A model generated the notes under the pieces. It was not told the DNA's origin. It searched no databases and saw only the letters and a list, made by a program, of their open reading frames with translations. DNA of 64,000 nucleotides, from contig NC_134036.1 in the NCBI RefSeq assembly GCF_964204645.1, positions 10,147,859-10,211,858 of the forward strand, in the 5' to 3' direction. Source of the DNA: Tubulanus polymorphus. Its lineage: Eukaryota; Animalia; Nemertea. Positions 25,301-37,227 of this stretch are shown here, one piece after another (the first letter of the stretch is position 1; each line of letters begins with the position of its first letter). The position numbers and the translations under genes were made by a program.

Positions 25301-27394
25301 AGATGATAGTTATTTAAGTGAATACCAGAAGAAAATAAAACCGAAAGATTATGTTTTTACAGAAAAATTAATACTTACTCAAAATAATAAATACAATTAT
25401 ATTGTTCATTATAGAATGTTAAAATTTTATCTTAAACAAGGAATGAAATTAAAGAAAGTACATAGATATATTGAATTTTTAATCAATCGAAGTGGTTAGA
25501 AAAATATATAGATTTCAATACTCAACGGAGAACCATATCAAAAACAGATTTTGAAAAAGATTTCTTCAAATTAATGAATAATAGTTTTTATGGTAAAACA
25601 TGCGAAAATATTAGAAATAGAAATGATATTGAATTAGTAAATAATTCTGAACGATTAAGACATTTACAATTAAGTCCTAGACATTTAGGAAATAAAAGAT
25701 TTGAAGATTAGTTAACAGCAGTTAAATTAAAAAGAACGTCAATGAAATTTAATAAAGCTATATTAATTGGTTCAACTGTTTTAGAAGTATCAAAATTATT
25801 AATGTATGATTTTTATTATAATGTTTTACAACCACTTTTTGGGGAAAAGCATATTGAAATATTATATTTTGATTCTGTAACAGCTGACACCCCAATATTA
25901 TTAAAATGTTATGATAAAATATCGATAAGAAGAATTTTAGAAATAATTCCCAAACAAAATGAATGTTATATTTCATATGGTGAAAAAGAATTAATACAAA
26001 TAAATGGTTTAATGGATGTTTGGACAAGAAATGGATTGAAAAAATTAAAGAATATTATTAGGCATAAAACAAATAAGAAATTCTATAGAGTTAGAACTAA
26101 ATTAGGGTTTGTAGATGTTACAGAAGATCATAGTTTAACTAAACGAATTGGCGATGAAATAAAACCAACTGATATAAACATTGGAGATGAATTATTACAT
26201 AAACGATTTTTCCAAAGAATGAATCATATGTCATTCGACGAAATTATTGATAATATTCATAATATAGAACCTGAAACATTAGAAGAAAAAGAATATTTTA
26301 TCAAAGGATTTTTCATGGGTGATGGTTCAGCAGGTGCGTATAATTATGTTTGGGGTAATAAATATTGTTGGTATTTATGCAATCAAGACTTAAAATTATT
26401 AGAAAGAATTAAGAAATTCTGTGAAGAAGTTTATTCACATAAAACATTTAGAATCATGGATGTTATGAAATCATCAGCAGTTTATAGAATACTTGTAAAT
26501 AATCCTAAAGATTTTGCTATAAAATATAATGATGAATTCTATATTCATGCAATAGTGAAAAGTAATACTTCAACAAAAGAAAAGATAGTTCCAGATTATG
26601 TATTAAATGCAAAAAATTATTTAAGAAAATGGATCTTCATTGGATTCTACGCAGCAGATGGTGCTAAAAAATTTACAAAGGATAAAAAGATAACCTTTGC
26701 ACGGATAGGAAAAGTTGCTTTATCGGGGTTAAATATATTATGTAATTCATTAGGCTTCAATATGAATATTGGATTGATTAAATCTAAAGGAAATTGCTTT
26801 AATTTAAGCCACACAGAAAAAGATTTAACGGAAGAAGTTAAAGATTTATTTGAAATATATAACCCAACAGATTATGTTTATGATTTATCAACCGAAGATG
26901 GCACATTCACCTGTGGATTTCCATTAATTTGCTTCATTACTGATGCGTACATACTAAAAATCAAGACAAATGACATAACAAAAGACATAAAAACATTAAA
27001 ACATCATTTTGATTTTAGCAATTATCCCAAAGATCATGAACTATTTAGCAATGATAATAAAAAAATTCCTGGTAAATTTAATAATGAATTAGGGGGTGAT
27101 GAAATGATTGAATTTGTTGGGATAAGAGGTAAAATGTATAGTTACAGAACAAAAGATCATGAAGCTACAAAGTTAAAAGGAATAACAAAGCATGTGGTTG
27201 ATAAACATATAGAATTTCAAGATTATATAAAGTGTTTATATAACTCAATTGTAATGAAACACAAAATGAATTGTTTAAGATCAGAAGATCACGAGATGTA
27301 CATTAATGAAGTTGAAAAAACTAGTTTGAATCCATTTGATGATAAAAGGCATATTTTAGATGATGGTATAAAAACATTACCTTATGGTTATTAA
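22358..27394 (+). pseudogene. Protein-primed family B DNA polymerase (zinc fingers, probable OTU-like and endonuclease VII domains, intein); multiple stops and frameshifts
   Basis: YGDFES, FHNLSGYD, YLKSD (Exo I-III); RDHDH...AHEDCN (EndoVII-like); YIDTNNLYG, KLMNNSFYGK, YFD|TDA (Pol A/B/C); NEDNKCFLWSI. Confidence 0.95.
25874..26938 (+). mobile_element. Intein (355 aa) with LAGLIDADG homing endonuclease in polymerase motif C
   Basis: Starts SVTADTPILL after YFD; block B VTEDHSL; LAGLIDADG-like KGFFMGDG and IGFYAADG; block F YVYDLSTEDGTF; followed by extein TDA; terminal codon ATT where AAT (Asn) is expected. Confidence 0.92.
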
Positions 27395-28661
27395 AATGGA
27401 TCAATATCATCAAACTCGAAATCACTATTGGCTTCTTCATTTTCATTTAATTGTTCAGGTTCTTCTTCCATTCCATTTTTCTCATTCAAATAAAGTTCTA
27501 TCTTGTTCCACATTTCATCTCGCTCTCTTTGTTACTTTTTGTTTGTTAATTCATCAAATGGAATTATAATATCTATGTTTAAATAATTTACAATCTTATT
27601 TAAAAAGAATTCATAATTAATTGAATCTGTTATTCTATTTTCCAAATGATATATTAATATTTGTTTGAATGTTTTTTTTATATTTTCCATATCTTCTTCT
27701 GTTAATTTAGGTTTTTCATAATAATCGTTAAATAATAAATATAAATACATTTTCTTATGTTTTGTGTTAAATGTTGACGGAATAATTATTTTTATAATAT
27801 CTTTTTTAGTTATTTCACCATTTCTATTTTCTATTATTTTCATATTTTCAAGCCATTGCATATATTCTGGTGTATGATCTTCTATAGAAAATGTTTCATT
27901 TTCAATTTCATCTAGATAATTTATTTTTGGATCTATGAGAAAATTTCTAGTTTTTTCTTCACTCCATAAATTCTTTTGCCATCCACATTCATTACAAAAT
28001 AACACAGTACCTTCTTGTCTTAAGGTTGCATAACTACATTGTGGACATTTTTGTTTATAATTTATTGGTAATAGATCTTCATTAAGCTCTTCGTATTTTC
28101 TTACGTTTTCTTTATGTTTTATTGTTCTATTATGTAGATTTGAATTACTTGTTGTAATAATCAATTTACAATATTTACAATAATATGTTTTTCTTGTTAA
28201 TTCATTATATTGTTTTTCTAACTTTTCAACTGTTTCTTTATTATCTGGTAACGTTTTCTCGTTTCAAATTTATTAGAAATTTTATCTATATGTGCTTTAC
28301 GAAATTGATGATTCTCCCAATCTTCTATATTTTCAGGGCTATATTTTATTCGACAAGGCTCACAGAAATGATCTTTTATATTATCCTTGTCATAGAATAA
28401 GAAAGGTGTTTTCCAAATAACTTCAGGTTCTACTTCAACAGAATTACTATTACTTTCGTTACTATCAACATTAGCCGTTGCGCCATTAATTTTACACTTC
28501 TCTGAATGTTTTTTAACATAATTTCTTGAGAATAATTTATTACATTTTGGACAGTTTAGTTTAGGGGGTTTATAATTTTCATCATGTTTTTTCATATGTC
28601 GAGCCATATTACTTTTTCTTAGAAGTTCACCACAAATTTCACATGCTATCTTCTCATCCAT
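27391..28661 (-). pseudogene. Multi-C2H2 zinc finger / VLTF3-like (poxvirus A2-family late transcription factor) fusion; one frameshift, one premature stop
   Basis: ORFs 28218-28661 and 27532-28164 join through a 1-nt frameshift near 28250; CPQC...CNECG ribbon, PKLTEE..ENIKKTFKQI, INYEFFLNKI and, past the stop, ERDEMWNKI follow the VLTF3 pattern. Confidence 0.7.
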
Positions 28662-28730
28662 TTATTAAGGAAAAATTTTATTGAAATTAATTTTTAGTGA
28701 TGAGCGGTAATTTTTTTTATGTTATAAATA

Positions 28731-29520
28731 ATGGTAGAATTAAAAGAATACAGAATATTTGTTGATTCAAGAAGACTTACAAATTATAAATCACATAATT
28801 TATTAGTTCAATTAGATAGAGAATTTAAGAATTGTGTAGATTTAAAATTAGTTAATATAAGTTTATGTAACTCTTTTTACTATATATCAGATAAAACTGA
28901 TGAACATAGAAGCCTTTTTATTTTTGATAAGGATAAAAGAAAAAATTTTCAACTCATGCTTACACCAGGATTATATAATTTAGAAACATTAGAGCAAGAA
29001 ATTAATAGAAAAGCTCGCATTAGATTAGGTAGTGATTCTAAATTTAATATTAAATTCATAAAAAGTGAGAGCTCTAATAAAATTAAAATAAAGTTTGATA
29101 ATGATTATTTTAAACTTTATCAACATACAATAGAAAGATATCTTTACATGGTAAAAAAAACCTATAGCTAAACTGTTAGGAATTCCTCCAGATAAAGATA
29201 TTAGAGAAAACATATACGGTAGATCAAACTTAATACCTTTTACACATTTTTATATTTATTGCAATTTAATTGACCCAACAAAAACATTTGAAGCAACTAA
29301 AGATATAACTTGTAATTCTTGTATATTAAACATTTTACCATTAAAGAATGTTAAACAATTTGGAACGCAAATAAATTATAATTTAGCTGAATGTGATTTT
29401 AAACCTTGCATTCCTAAATTTAATAATTTTAAATTAGAAATAAGAAATCATAATGGTTATTTAATTGATTTGAATAACTTTCCTGTGATATATGAATTAA
29501 TTATAAGATGTAAAGAGTAA
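28731..29520 (+). pseudogene. Minor capsid protein (penton), frameshifted at a poly-A run ~29155
   Basis: IFVDSR, PGLYNL..L...IN, LAKLLG, FYIYCNLI, LEIRNHNG.LIDLNN..VIYELII pattern of Polinton pentons. Confidence 0.8.
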
Positions 29521-29536
29521 TTTTTTCATTATATAA

Positions 29537-29893
29537 ATGAATATAACTGTTGGACCGAGTATATGTTTTGGGTTTGATTTCAAACGTGAGAAAGAAATGA
29601 AATTTAATGTTAATGATGTAATCACACATATCAAAAATATTGCATTTTCTAATGAAACAACATTTGAGTATGAAACAACAATAGATAAAGAAACTTTAAA
29701 TGTAGAAAAGATTACTAATTTAATAAGAGAATCTTTAAGATTTTATGAATTAGATGAAGATTTTATCATCGATGATATTAAAAAAATAATAATTGAAATA
29801 TATACAAATGAAACTAGTAATGAAATAAATGTTGAAATAATCATAAATAAGTTAACTAAATATTTTGATGATAGTAATTTTTTTGATAAATAA
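29537..29893 (+). CDS. Polinton hypothetical protein (acidic)
   Basis: Intact ORF preceded by the conserved 19-nt cassette. Confidence 0.7.
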   Translation: MNITVGPSICFGFDFKREKEMKFNVNDVITHIKNIAFSNETTFEYETTIDKETLNVEKITNLIRESLRFYELDEDFIIDDIKKIIIEIYTNETSNEINVEIIINKLTKYFDDSNFFDK

Positions 29894-30115
29894 ATGAGTG
29901 ATAATAAGTGGATAATAACTGGATTATATAATGGCGCATTACTATCACTTGGAACTGTTGGTTATTCACTGGTATTAAAAAAAGTATTTAAAATGGGAAG
30001 TGTTAATGTTGATAGATTTGATATAAATGATATTTTAAAAATAACGTTAGCAGTTACTTTATCTAATTTAACTATTGATTATTTGGAAAAACAAAAATAT
30101 ATTCCTCCCATATAA
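29894..30115 (+). CDS. Polinton small hydrophobic protein
   Basis: Intact 73-aa ORF with hydrophobic segments; cassette upstream. Confidence 0.7.
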   Translation: MSDNKWIITGLYNGALLSLGTVGYSLVLKKVFKMGSVNVDRFDINDILKITLAVTLSNLTIDYLEKQKYIPPI

Positions 30116-30139
30116 ATGCATAATTTTTTTGCTAAATAA

Positions 30140-30562
30140 ATGGCTTCTGCAATTATAACTATTATAGGATCGGCAAATGTCAACGCTTTTGCATTTGCTG
30201 GTGGTGGTTATTTATTTAAACATATTGATAAAAATGGATCATTAACAGAACAAAAAAGACATAACTTAGCATTAGAGAAATATGATAAAGCTGCAGAAGA
30301 ATACAGAGAAAAGAGACAAAACTATATGGATAACATCAATAAAGAATTAATTGATCAGAATATTTCACATAGAGATTTTCTATCAGTTGATGATGCAATG
30401 AGTATATATAACGCAGTAACCAATAAAGAAAAATTACATCTATACGAACCTAAATTATCAGATTATTATACCCCAAGTAAAGAACAACAGAAATATGAAA
30501 TAATATGGATTTTAGGTGGAACAGTTATTGCTATATTTGTAGCATATAAATTTACTTATTAG
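30140..30562 (+). CDS. Polinton protein with N-terminal hydrophobic segment, coiled coil and C-terminal TM
   Basis: MASAIITIIG..NAFAFAGGGYLF, KRHNLALEK, C-terminal IIWILGGTVIAIFVAY; cassette upstream. Confidence 0.75.
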   Translation: MASAIITIIGSANVNAFAFAGGGYLFKHIDKNGSLTEQKRHNLALEKYDKAAEEYREKRQNYMDNINKELIDQNISHRDFLSVDDAMSIYNAVTNKEKLHLYEPKLSDYYTPSKEQQKYEIIWILGGTVIAIFVAYKFTY

Positions 30563-30581
30563 TAATTTTTTTTCTAAATAA

Positions 30582-31016
30582 ATGGAAGATAAAGTTGATA
30601 ATATTGATATTATTACTCATGATATAAATAAAACTAAATAAAAAACATATTTAGAAAAACAAATATTAGAATTTGAAAATGACTTAAAGATAAAAAAGAA
30701 AAAATATTTAAAAAGTAAAATTATATATTATTTAACTATAAGTGGTTCGGTTACAATTAGTTCTGTAATAACATTTTTAGCAATATTCAGCCCATTAACA
30801 CTTTTAGCTATATCAATTGGCGTATTAGGATTAAGTTCAAGTGTTTTAACTGGTATAAGTTCAAAATTAAATATAAAAAGTAATAAAGAAAAAATTAAAA
30901 CTAATATAAAAGAAATTAATAAATTAAAGAACACACTAGATTATATAATAAGTTTAAATGGCCATATAACAGTTGAAGAACAAGATAAATTATCAAAAGA
31001 ATTAATAAATTATTAA
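30582..31016 (+). pseudogene. Polinton coiled-coil/TM protein (disrupted)
   Basis: ATG at 30582 after the cassette; early stop; downstream frame with a hydrophobic hairpin (LTISGSVTISSVITFLAIFSPLTLLAISIGVLGLSS). Confidence 0.6.
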
Positions 31017-31032
31017 TTTTTTAATTATATAA

Positions 31033-32419
31033 ATGGTAGATAGTTTTCCAAAAGCTTTCCAATATAATAAATCAATTAAATATAATATTCCAGCAATAGA
31101 TTTTAATAAAGATATTACATATAGAAATGAAGTTTTAGATTCATTAACTAATTTAGAAATTTATGTTACTGAAACTAATAATTTCAATCCAAAGATGGAA
31201 AATATTTTTCATGTATATTTAATTGATTTTAAAAAATTGAAAGATGAAAAACAATGGTTATTAAAATCTTATATGAAGTATTGGCAGAACCAATTAAATT
31301 TAGCTGTTTATTGTGCAACAACAGGTTGTGGAATTAGTTGGAATAATCATTTGAATAATTATAAATATAAATTAATTCAAAGTTTATTTAGATTTCATAC
31401 ATACTTTCAAATAAGATTAATATTAAATGAATTAGAGTGTCCTTTACCAGGATTTACCAGGTATTTTAAAGAATTAGATAATAATATTAATTTGTCAAAG
31501 TTTTATAAAATTTGTAATGAATATAATATAGATATAAATAATTCTGATTTTAGAACGAAAATTGGAACAATAAGATCACTTCCTTGCCCTAAAAAGATTG
31601 CAGAATATTGTGCACTTCCCATACCATCTAATAGTTTTTATAATATCTATAATAATAAATTAGTATGGTAAAATAGAAACTAAGGATTTAGAAACATTAA
31701 ATTTCAATAAATTACCGACATTTTATGATAATGTAACAAGAAAACAATAATGGTTGGGTTTATTTCATTTTAGAAAATAGTGAAGGTTTTACTAAATCAA
31801 GTATAGAAAGAATAAATCAATCTATTAGAACTTATTTGATATGTATTTTAGGTGCGCAAGTTGAAACAGAATCCACAATAATTGGAAATTTAAATACATC
31901 ATTTGATACACAAAAACAATTTAAAGTATTATTTGAAGATCCATTCATAATGATAAAAATAGATCGATTCCAGAAAACATTGTAAGATATCAAAATTATT
32001 TAGATAAATCACATATTAGATTAAATCATTGTATCGGCCCTAATCTATTTATTATTTCTAATGATTTAGTATTAAAGATGGGAAACATAATTGGTTACAA
32101 TAATCTAATTAAAACTGCAACAATAAATAATTCATTTGGATTGAATGATATAAATAAAAAGATAATTACTGCTCCAAAATTAATGGAAGGTGAAAAAAAT
32201 AAAAAACATATTCAATCAACAGAAACTAAAACTAAGAATATTAAATTGGATAATGATTCCAAAATAAAAGATTACAATACTACAGAAAATATAAAAACTG
32301 ATAATATTCAACATGATATAATTAAACTAAATGATGATAATAAATCCCATGAAAATACTAAATTAGCTTTAACTTGTATAGGAATTGTAATCGGAGGAAT
32401 ATTATATTTTAAATTTTAA
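31033..32419 (+). pseudogene. Polinton conserved hypothetical protein with C-terminal TM (disrupted)
   Basis: YWQNQLNLAVYCATTGCGIS, FRFHTYFQIR; continues through 31680-32070 into ORF 32078-32419; no internal cassette. Confidence 0.7.
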
Positions 32420-32435
32420 TTTTTTTATTATATAA

Positions 32436-33892
32436 ATGGATGTAGAAGGTGGAGAAGATATTGGAATGGATCCTTTTGATGAACCTGGTATAAGTGATGA
32501 ACAACCACCTGATTTTGATGAAAGAAGTTTTAATGATGGTAATGAGCACGGATATAATAATAATTTAAATATGCCTGATTATATTAAAAATGCAGAATCA
32601 CCATTAAATCCTGAAAATTTAGACCCAGGTTTAGTAAAAGAAGATTTAGATAATTTAAACAAAATACCTAAATTAGAAGATTTAATTGAAAAATCTAAAC
32701 TTAACATAAATGATGAAGACGTTGGACTTTTAGCATATCAATTAAAATTTTTAGATAATGGTAAATGTTATTATCGTTTGAAAGGTGATTATTATATTGA
32801 TATCACTTCTAAAAATAATAAAAAAATATTAGCGGAATCAACTTTGAAAAGTTTAAAACCAGATAAAATTAAAAGAATAAGTAATAGTAATGAAATAACT
32901 GATGTTACACAAAAAGAAATAGATGATAATATAGACGTATTTAAACAAAGAATTAATGAATTATTTGAAATAATCAAAAAGAAATCAGAAACAGAAACAA
33001 CTTCTGAACAGAATATAACTTCCAAAACTAGTAAACTTAAATCAAATAAAGTTTCAATTGAAAAACTTCCACGAATGGATTACTTGATGCAACAGATCAA
33101 GAATTAGAAGATTTAGATATATTTTCTGATGAAGCAATTAGAGAAATTATTAGTATAAGAAATGAAGCTGATAAAATTGCACATAATAAAAGTAAAAGAG
33201 ATCAAAAAATTATGTATTTGGAAAAAGAATTAACTAATGCAAATAAAGAAATAGAAAAACTAAAGTCTGATTTAGATCATCGAGTAATTGATGAAATCGA
33301 ATATAGGCAAAAAGAATTACGATTAGAAAAAGAAATTAATAATTTAAAAGATAATTTAGAAGTACAGAAAGAAGAAATTAAATTATTGTTAAAATCATAT
33401 GATTATAATATTAATAGATTAAAAGATGTTTTTAAAAGATATCTAATAAAACCAGATTCTAAAATATCATTGAAAGATAGAATAACATTATTATTTAAAT
33501 TTGAAGGAATAACAATTCTTTCAATTCTAACAGCTGTAACTATGTTATTTACAACCATTGGTTTAGCAATATCAAATGCTTTAAAATCTACTCCTACTCC
33601 AAATAAACCAGATAAATCCCCAGATAATAATTCTATACAAGATAAAGTTAAAGATGGTTTAAAGAAATTAGCAAAATATTTATGGGAACTATCTTAAAAA
33701 TCCGCTGCAGCATTGCCAGGAATTATTGCATCAATTGTTGGTTTTATATTGAAATCTGCAGGAAACATTATTAACTTCGCTGCTGAACATATTATTTTAT
33801 TTCTAATTACAGTTGCAGGTGCTATTATTTTTGGGTTAGTGAATATGATATCAAAAAGATATCAAGAAAAAAAAATAATAAAAAATAAATAA
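32436..33892 (+). pseudogene. Polinton long coiled-coil protein with C-terminal hydrophobic helices (disrupted)
   Basis: ORFs 32436-33107 and 33212-33697 plus read-through SAAALPGIIASIVGFIL...; single cassette at start. Confidence 0.7.
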
Positions 33893-33912
33893 CTAATTTT
33901 TTTGTTAAATAA

Positions 33913-35160
33913 ATGAGTGGGAGTTATATAAGTCCTTCTAAGAATTCTAGAATATCTAATGCTATTAAAGCAGAAAGATCACATCATATAATTACTCATA
34001 ACCCTTCTAATATTAATCCTGATGAAACTTTATATGTTAGAATCCCTAGATTAACACAAAATACTTTTTACGTTCCAAATAGTATTTATTTATCAGCCGA
34101 TATAAAAGTAATCGGTAATAATAATAATTATGTTGTTGATAATGTTGGAAGATATTTGATTGAAAAATTAACTATAAAGATTGGTCCAGAAACAGTTTTC
34201 TCATTAGATGATTATAATTTATTTATGCATTATAAAGATTTATGGTTAACTAAAGAAAATAGAAATAATATGATATTTCAGGGTATTCAATCGGAAAACC
34301 ATAATAAATTAAGATCAGGAAGTAATGACGCAATAGTAACTCGTGCCACAGATAATTTGATTAAAAAGATTTATGGAAGCAAATATAAAATCCCATTAGA
34401 CTTTGAATTGATAAATAACAATGCACCTTTATATAAATACGCAATTCAAGAAGATATTATATTTGAGATAACATTTGCTCCTGTTAATGAAATTGTATTA
34501 TCTAGCGTTGTTAAAGATATGGGTTATAAATTATCGAATATATGTTTAGAATATAACACAGTCACTAATGAAAATATTGCTAGCACAATTCAAACTCAAT
34601 ACAATCAAGGATTTTCATTATTATATGATTATATTGATAAATTTAAAACTGTAACTATTAATGCAAATGATGAAATAATTAATGAGAATATTAACTTCCC
34701 AAGAAGATCTATTAAAGGTATATTAATATTCTTTACCATTGCAACATATACTAATGGTGCAATAAATGTTGATAATTATTATAATCCTGAAATAACAAAA
34801 GTAGAAATAACTATCGAAGGAATAGCAAATAAAATATTTTGTCAAGGAATGAGAATGATTGATCAATGGCCAGAAATTAGAAAACATTTTATGAATGAAA
34901 AAGTAAAATCATTTGAAAATTGTAATATTAATCAAATTGATTATTATACCGGCAATAAATATGCATTATGGTTAGATTTTAGAACAACAGAGGATAATTC
35001 ATTACATGGTTCTGGAAAAAAACTACAGAATACTAAAGATGGAATACAATTATTAATGAAAAAGAAAAGAGGAGACAAAAATTTTAAAATGCACATTTAT
35101 ATTATATCTGATGCACAATTAAATATTGTAAATTCACAATTAGATAGTATTCAATATTAG
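33913..35160 (+). CDS. Major capsid protein (double jelly-roll), intact ORF
   Basis: 415 aa, beta-rich; NPSNINPDETLYVRIP, YKIPLDFE, YALWLDFR, HIYIISDAQLNI; located next to integrase and ATPase. Confidence 0.8.
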   Translation: MSGSYISPSKNSRISNAIKAERSHHIITHNPSNINPDETLYVRIPRLTQNTFYVPNSIYLSADIKVIGNNNNYVVDNVGRYLIEKLTIKIGPETVFSLDDYNLFMHYKDLWLTKENRNNMIFQGIQSENHNKLRSGSNDAIVTRATDNLIKKIYGSKYKIPLDFELINNNAPLYKYAIQEDIIFEITFAPVNEIVLSSVVKDMGYKLSNICLEYNTVTNENIASTIQTQYNQGFSLLYDYIDKFKTVTINANDEIINENINFPRRSIKGILIFFTIATYTNGAINVDNYYNPEITKVEITIEGIANKIFCQGMRMIDQWPEIRKHFMNEKVKSFENCNINQIDYYTGNKYALWLDFRTTEDNSLHGSGKKLQNTKDGIQLLMKKKRGDKNFKMHIYIISDAQLNIVNSQLDSIQY

Positions 35161-35190
35161 AAATATAAAGTTTAAATTAAGGATATATAA

Positions 35191-36318
35191 ATGGGTGGTA
35201 AAAAAACTCCTAATACTAAAGAACACTATTTAAGAAATTTATATTACAACCCTGAGAGTTCGGTTGCTTATTCTTCTACCAAAAATATATGGAGTAAAGT
35301 AAAACAAGATAAATTAGATAAGATAATCCCACAAAATTGAGTTAAATATAAAGATATAAATGAATTTATGTTAGAACAACCAACATATACAACACATAAA
35401 AAAATTGTTAGAAAATATAAAACTCGTAAAACTATGGTAAGTTATGTAGATCAACAGTGGCAAGGAGATTTAATTGATATGAAAAATGTTAAGAAAGATA
35501 ATGATGATTATTGGTGGTTATTGAATATAATTGATATTTTTAGTCGTTATGTATGGAGTTTCCCACTTTATAGAAAAGATGCTGTACAAACATCAAATGT
35601 TTTAAGAAAATTTCTTTCGGATGATAAAGTAAAACCAGAAAAAATACAATTTGATGATGGAAAAGAGTTTGATAATTCACTTGTTCATGAACTCTTAGAT
35701 AATCATAATATTAAATATTTTTCAACAAAATCGGATAAAAAAGCTGCAGTTGTTGAACGATTTAATAGAACATTAAGAACAAGAATGTGGAAATATTTTA
35801 CAGCAAATAATACTTTTAAATGGATTGATGTTTTACCCAAATTGATAGAAGGATATAATAATTCTTATCATTCTTCTATTGGAATGAAACCTATTGATGC
35901 TAGAAAACCTGAAAATGCTGAAATTGTTTGGAATAATTTATATGGAGCATTTCTTGTAGATGATTTTGGTGAACCTAAATTTAAAGTTGGTCAAAATGTT
36001 AGAATTTCTAAGTATAAAAAGATATTTAACAAAGGATACGATCGAAATTTTACTAGAGAAATATATAAAATAAAAAAGGTAATAACAACAAAACCATATG
36101 TCTATAAATTAGAAGATTTAAATGGTGAAGAAGTTGATGGCTACTTTTATGAAGAAGAATTAAGTTTAACTACTGAAAATCTAGAACAAGAATATAAAAT
36201 TGAAAAAGTATTAAAAACAAAAACTATTAAAAGAAAAAAATATTCTTTAGTAAAATGGGTTGGATGGCCAGATAAATTCAATGAATGGATATTATCAAGT
36301 AAAATTAAAAATATATAA
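35191..36318 (+). pseudogene. Polinton integrase with C-terminal chromodomain (in-frame TGA at 35338)
   Basis: WQGDLIDM, IDIFSRY, QFDDGKEF, VERFNRTL; EYKIEKVL...VKWVGWPDKFNEWI. Confidence 0.93.
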
Positions 36319-36923
36319 ATGAATAAGGAATTATTTATATTTGAGCCTCATAATATGTTAATTTCTGGCGTAACAAATTGTAGAAAAACTTGTTTTATAT
36401 TAAATTTATTAGAAACTGTTTATGAAAACTATTTTGATAATATAGTATTATTTTGCCCAACATATGAATTTAATCAAACTTATGATAGAAATATTACTAG
36501 AAATAATAAATTTATTATATTAGATCCTAAAACAGTAAAAGGAAATTTAGATAATTGTATAAAAATAGCAATTGATATTTATAAAGGATCAAATACATTA
36601 TTCATTATAGATGATTGTGCTAATTTACATGATTCAAAAGTTAGAGAAAGTGAGTTATGTTATTTAGCTTTTTCTGGCAGACATTTTGGGATAACAACTT
36701 GGGTTTTAAATCAAAAATATAATTCAATTGTTAAAGATTTTAGGGAGAATATAAGATTTCTAGTTTCTACAATAAAGATAGAAAATCGATGAAAAATGCA
36801 CTTGAGGAAAATGATATTATTCCACATGATTTACATAATGAATATATGGATAAGTTGAAATATATTAAAAGATCAAAATTACTAATTAGATTACAACACC
36901 CATTTAAATATGAATTTATTTAA
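36319..36923 (+). pseudogene. A32/FtsK-like genome-packaging ATPase (Walker A mutated, frameshift ~36765)
   Basis: ISGVTNCRKT (GxxxxGKT with G>R), FIIDD Walker B, SGRHFGI..WVLNQ, RENI. Confidence 0.88.
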
Positions 36924-37200
36924 ATTCAACTAGCTTGTTAATCTAATTGAATTCTAGTTACATTCTAGTTGAATTCTAGTTATTGGTAGTTGTAACAAAA
37001 ATGAACTAGATGTAACAATATTATAACTAGCTTGTTAATCTAGTTTAATTCTAGTTACATTCTAGTTGAATTCTAGTTATTAGTAGTTGGAACAAAAATC
37101 AACTAGATTTAAGAAGAAATAAACAAAAACAACAATATTTCAACTAGCTTGTTAATCTAGTTGAATTCTAGTTACATTCTAGTTGAATTCTAGTTGCAAC
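36924..37200. repeat. Three ~100-115-bp tandem units of CTAG/GAATTC palindromic motifs
   Basis: AACTAGCTTGTTAATCTAGTTGAATTCTAGTTACATTCTAGTTGAATTCTAGTT at ~36928, 37025, 37142. Confidence 0.9.
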
Positions 37201-37227
37201 ATCACAACTAATTTATTTGTTATATAA

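Noticed and set aside
25874-26938. Host Hedgehog-type Hint domain
   Set aside because: The insert interrupts a polymerase active-site motif, contains LAGLIDADG motifs and is followed by a Thr extein residue, which fits an intein.
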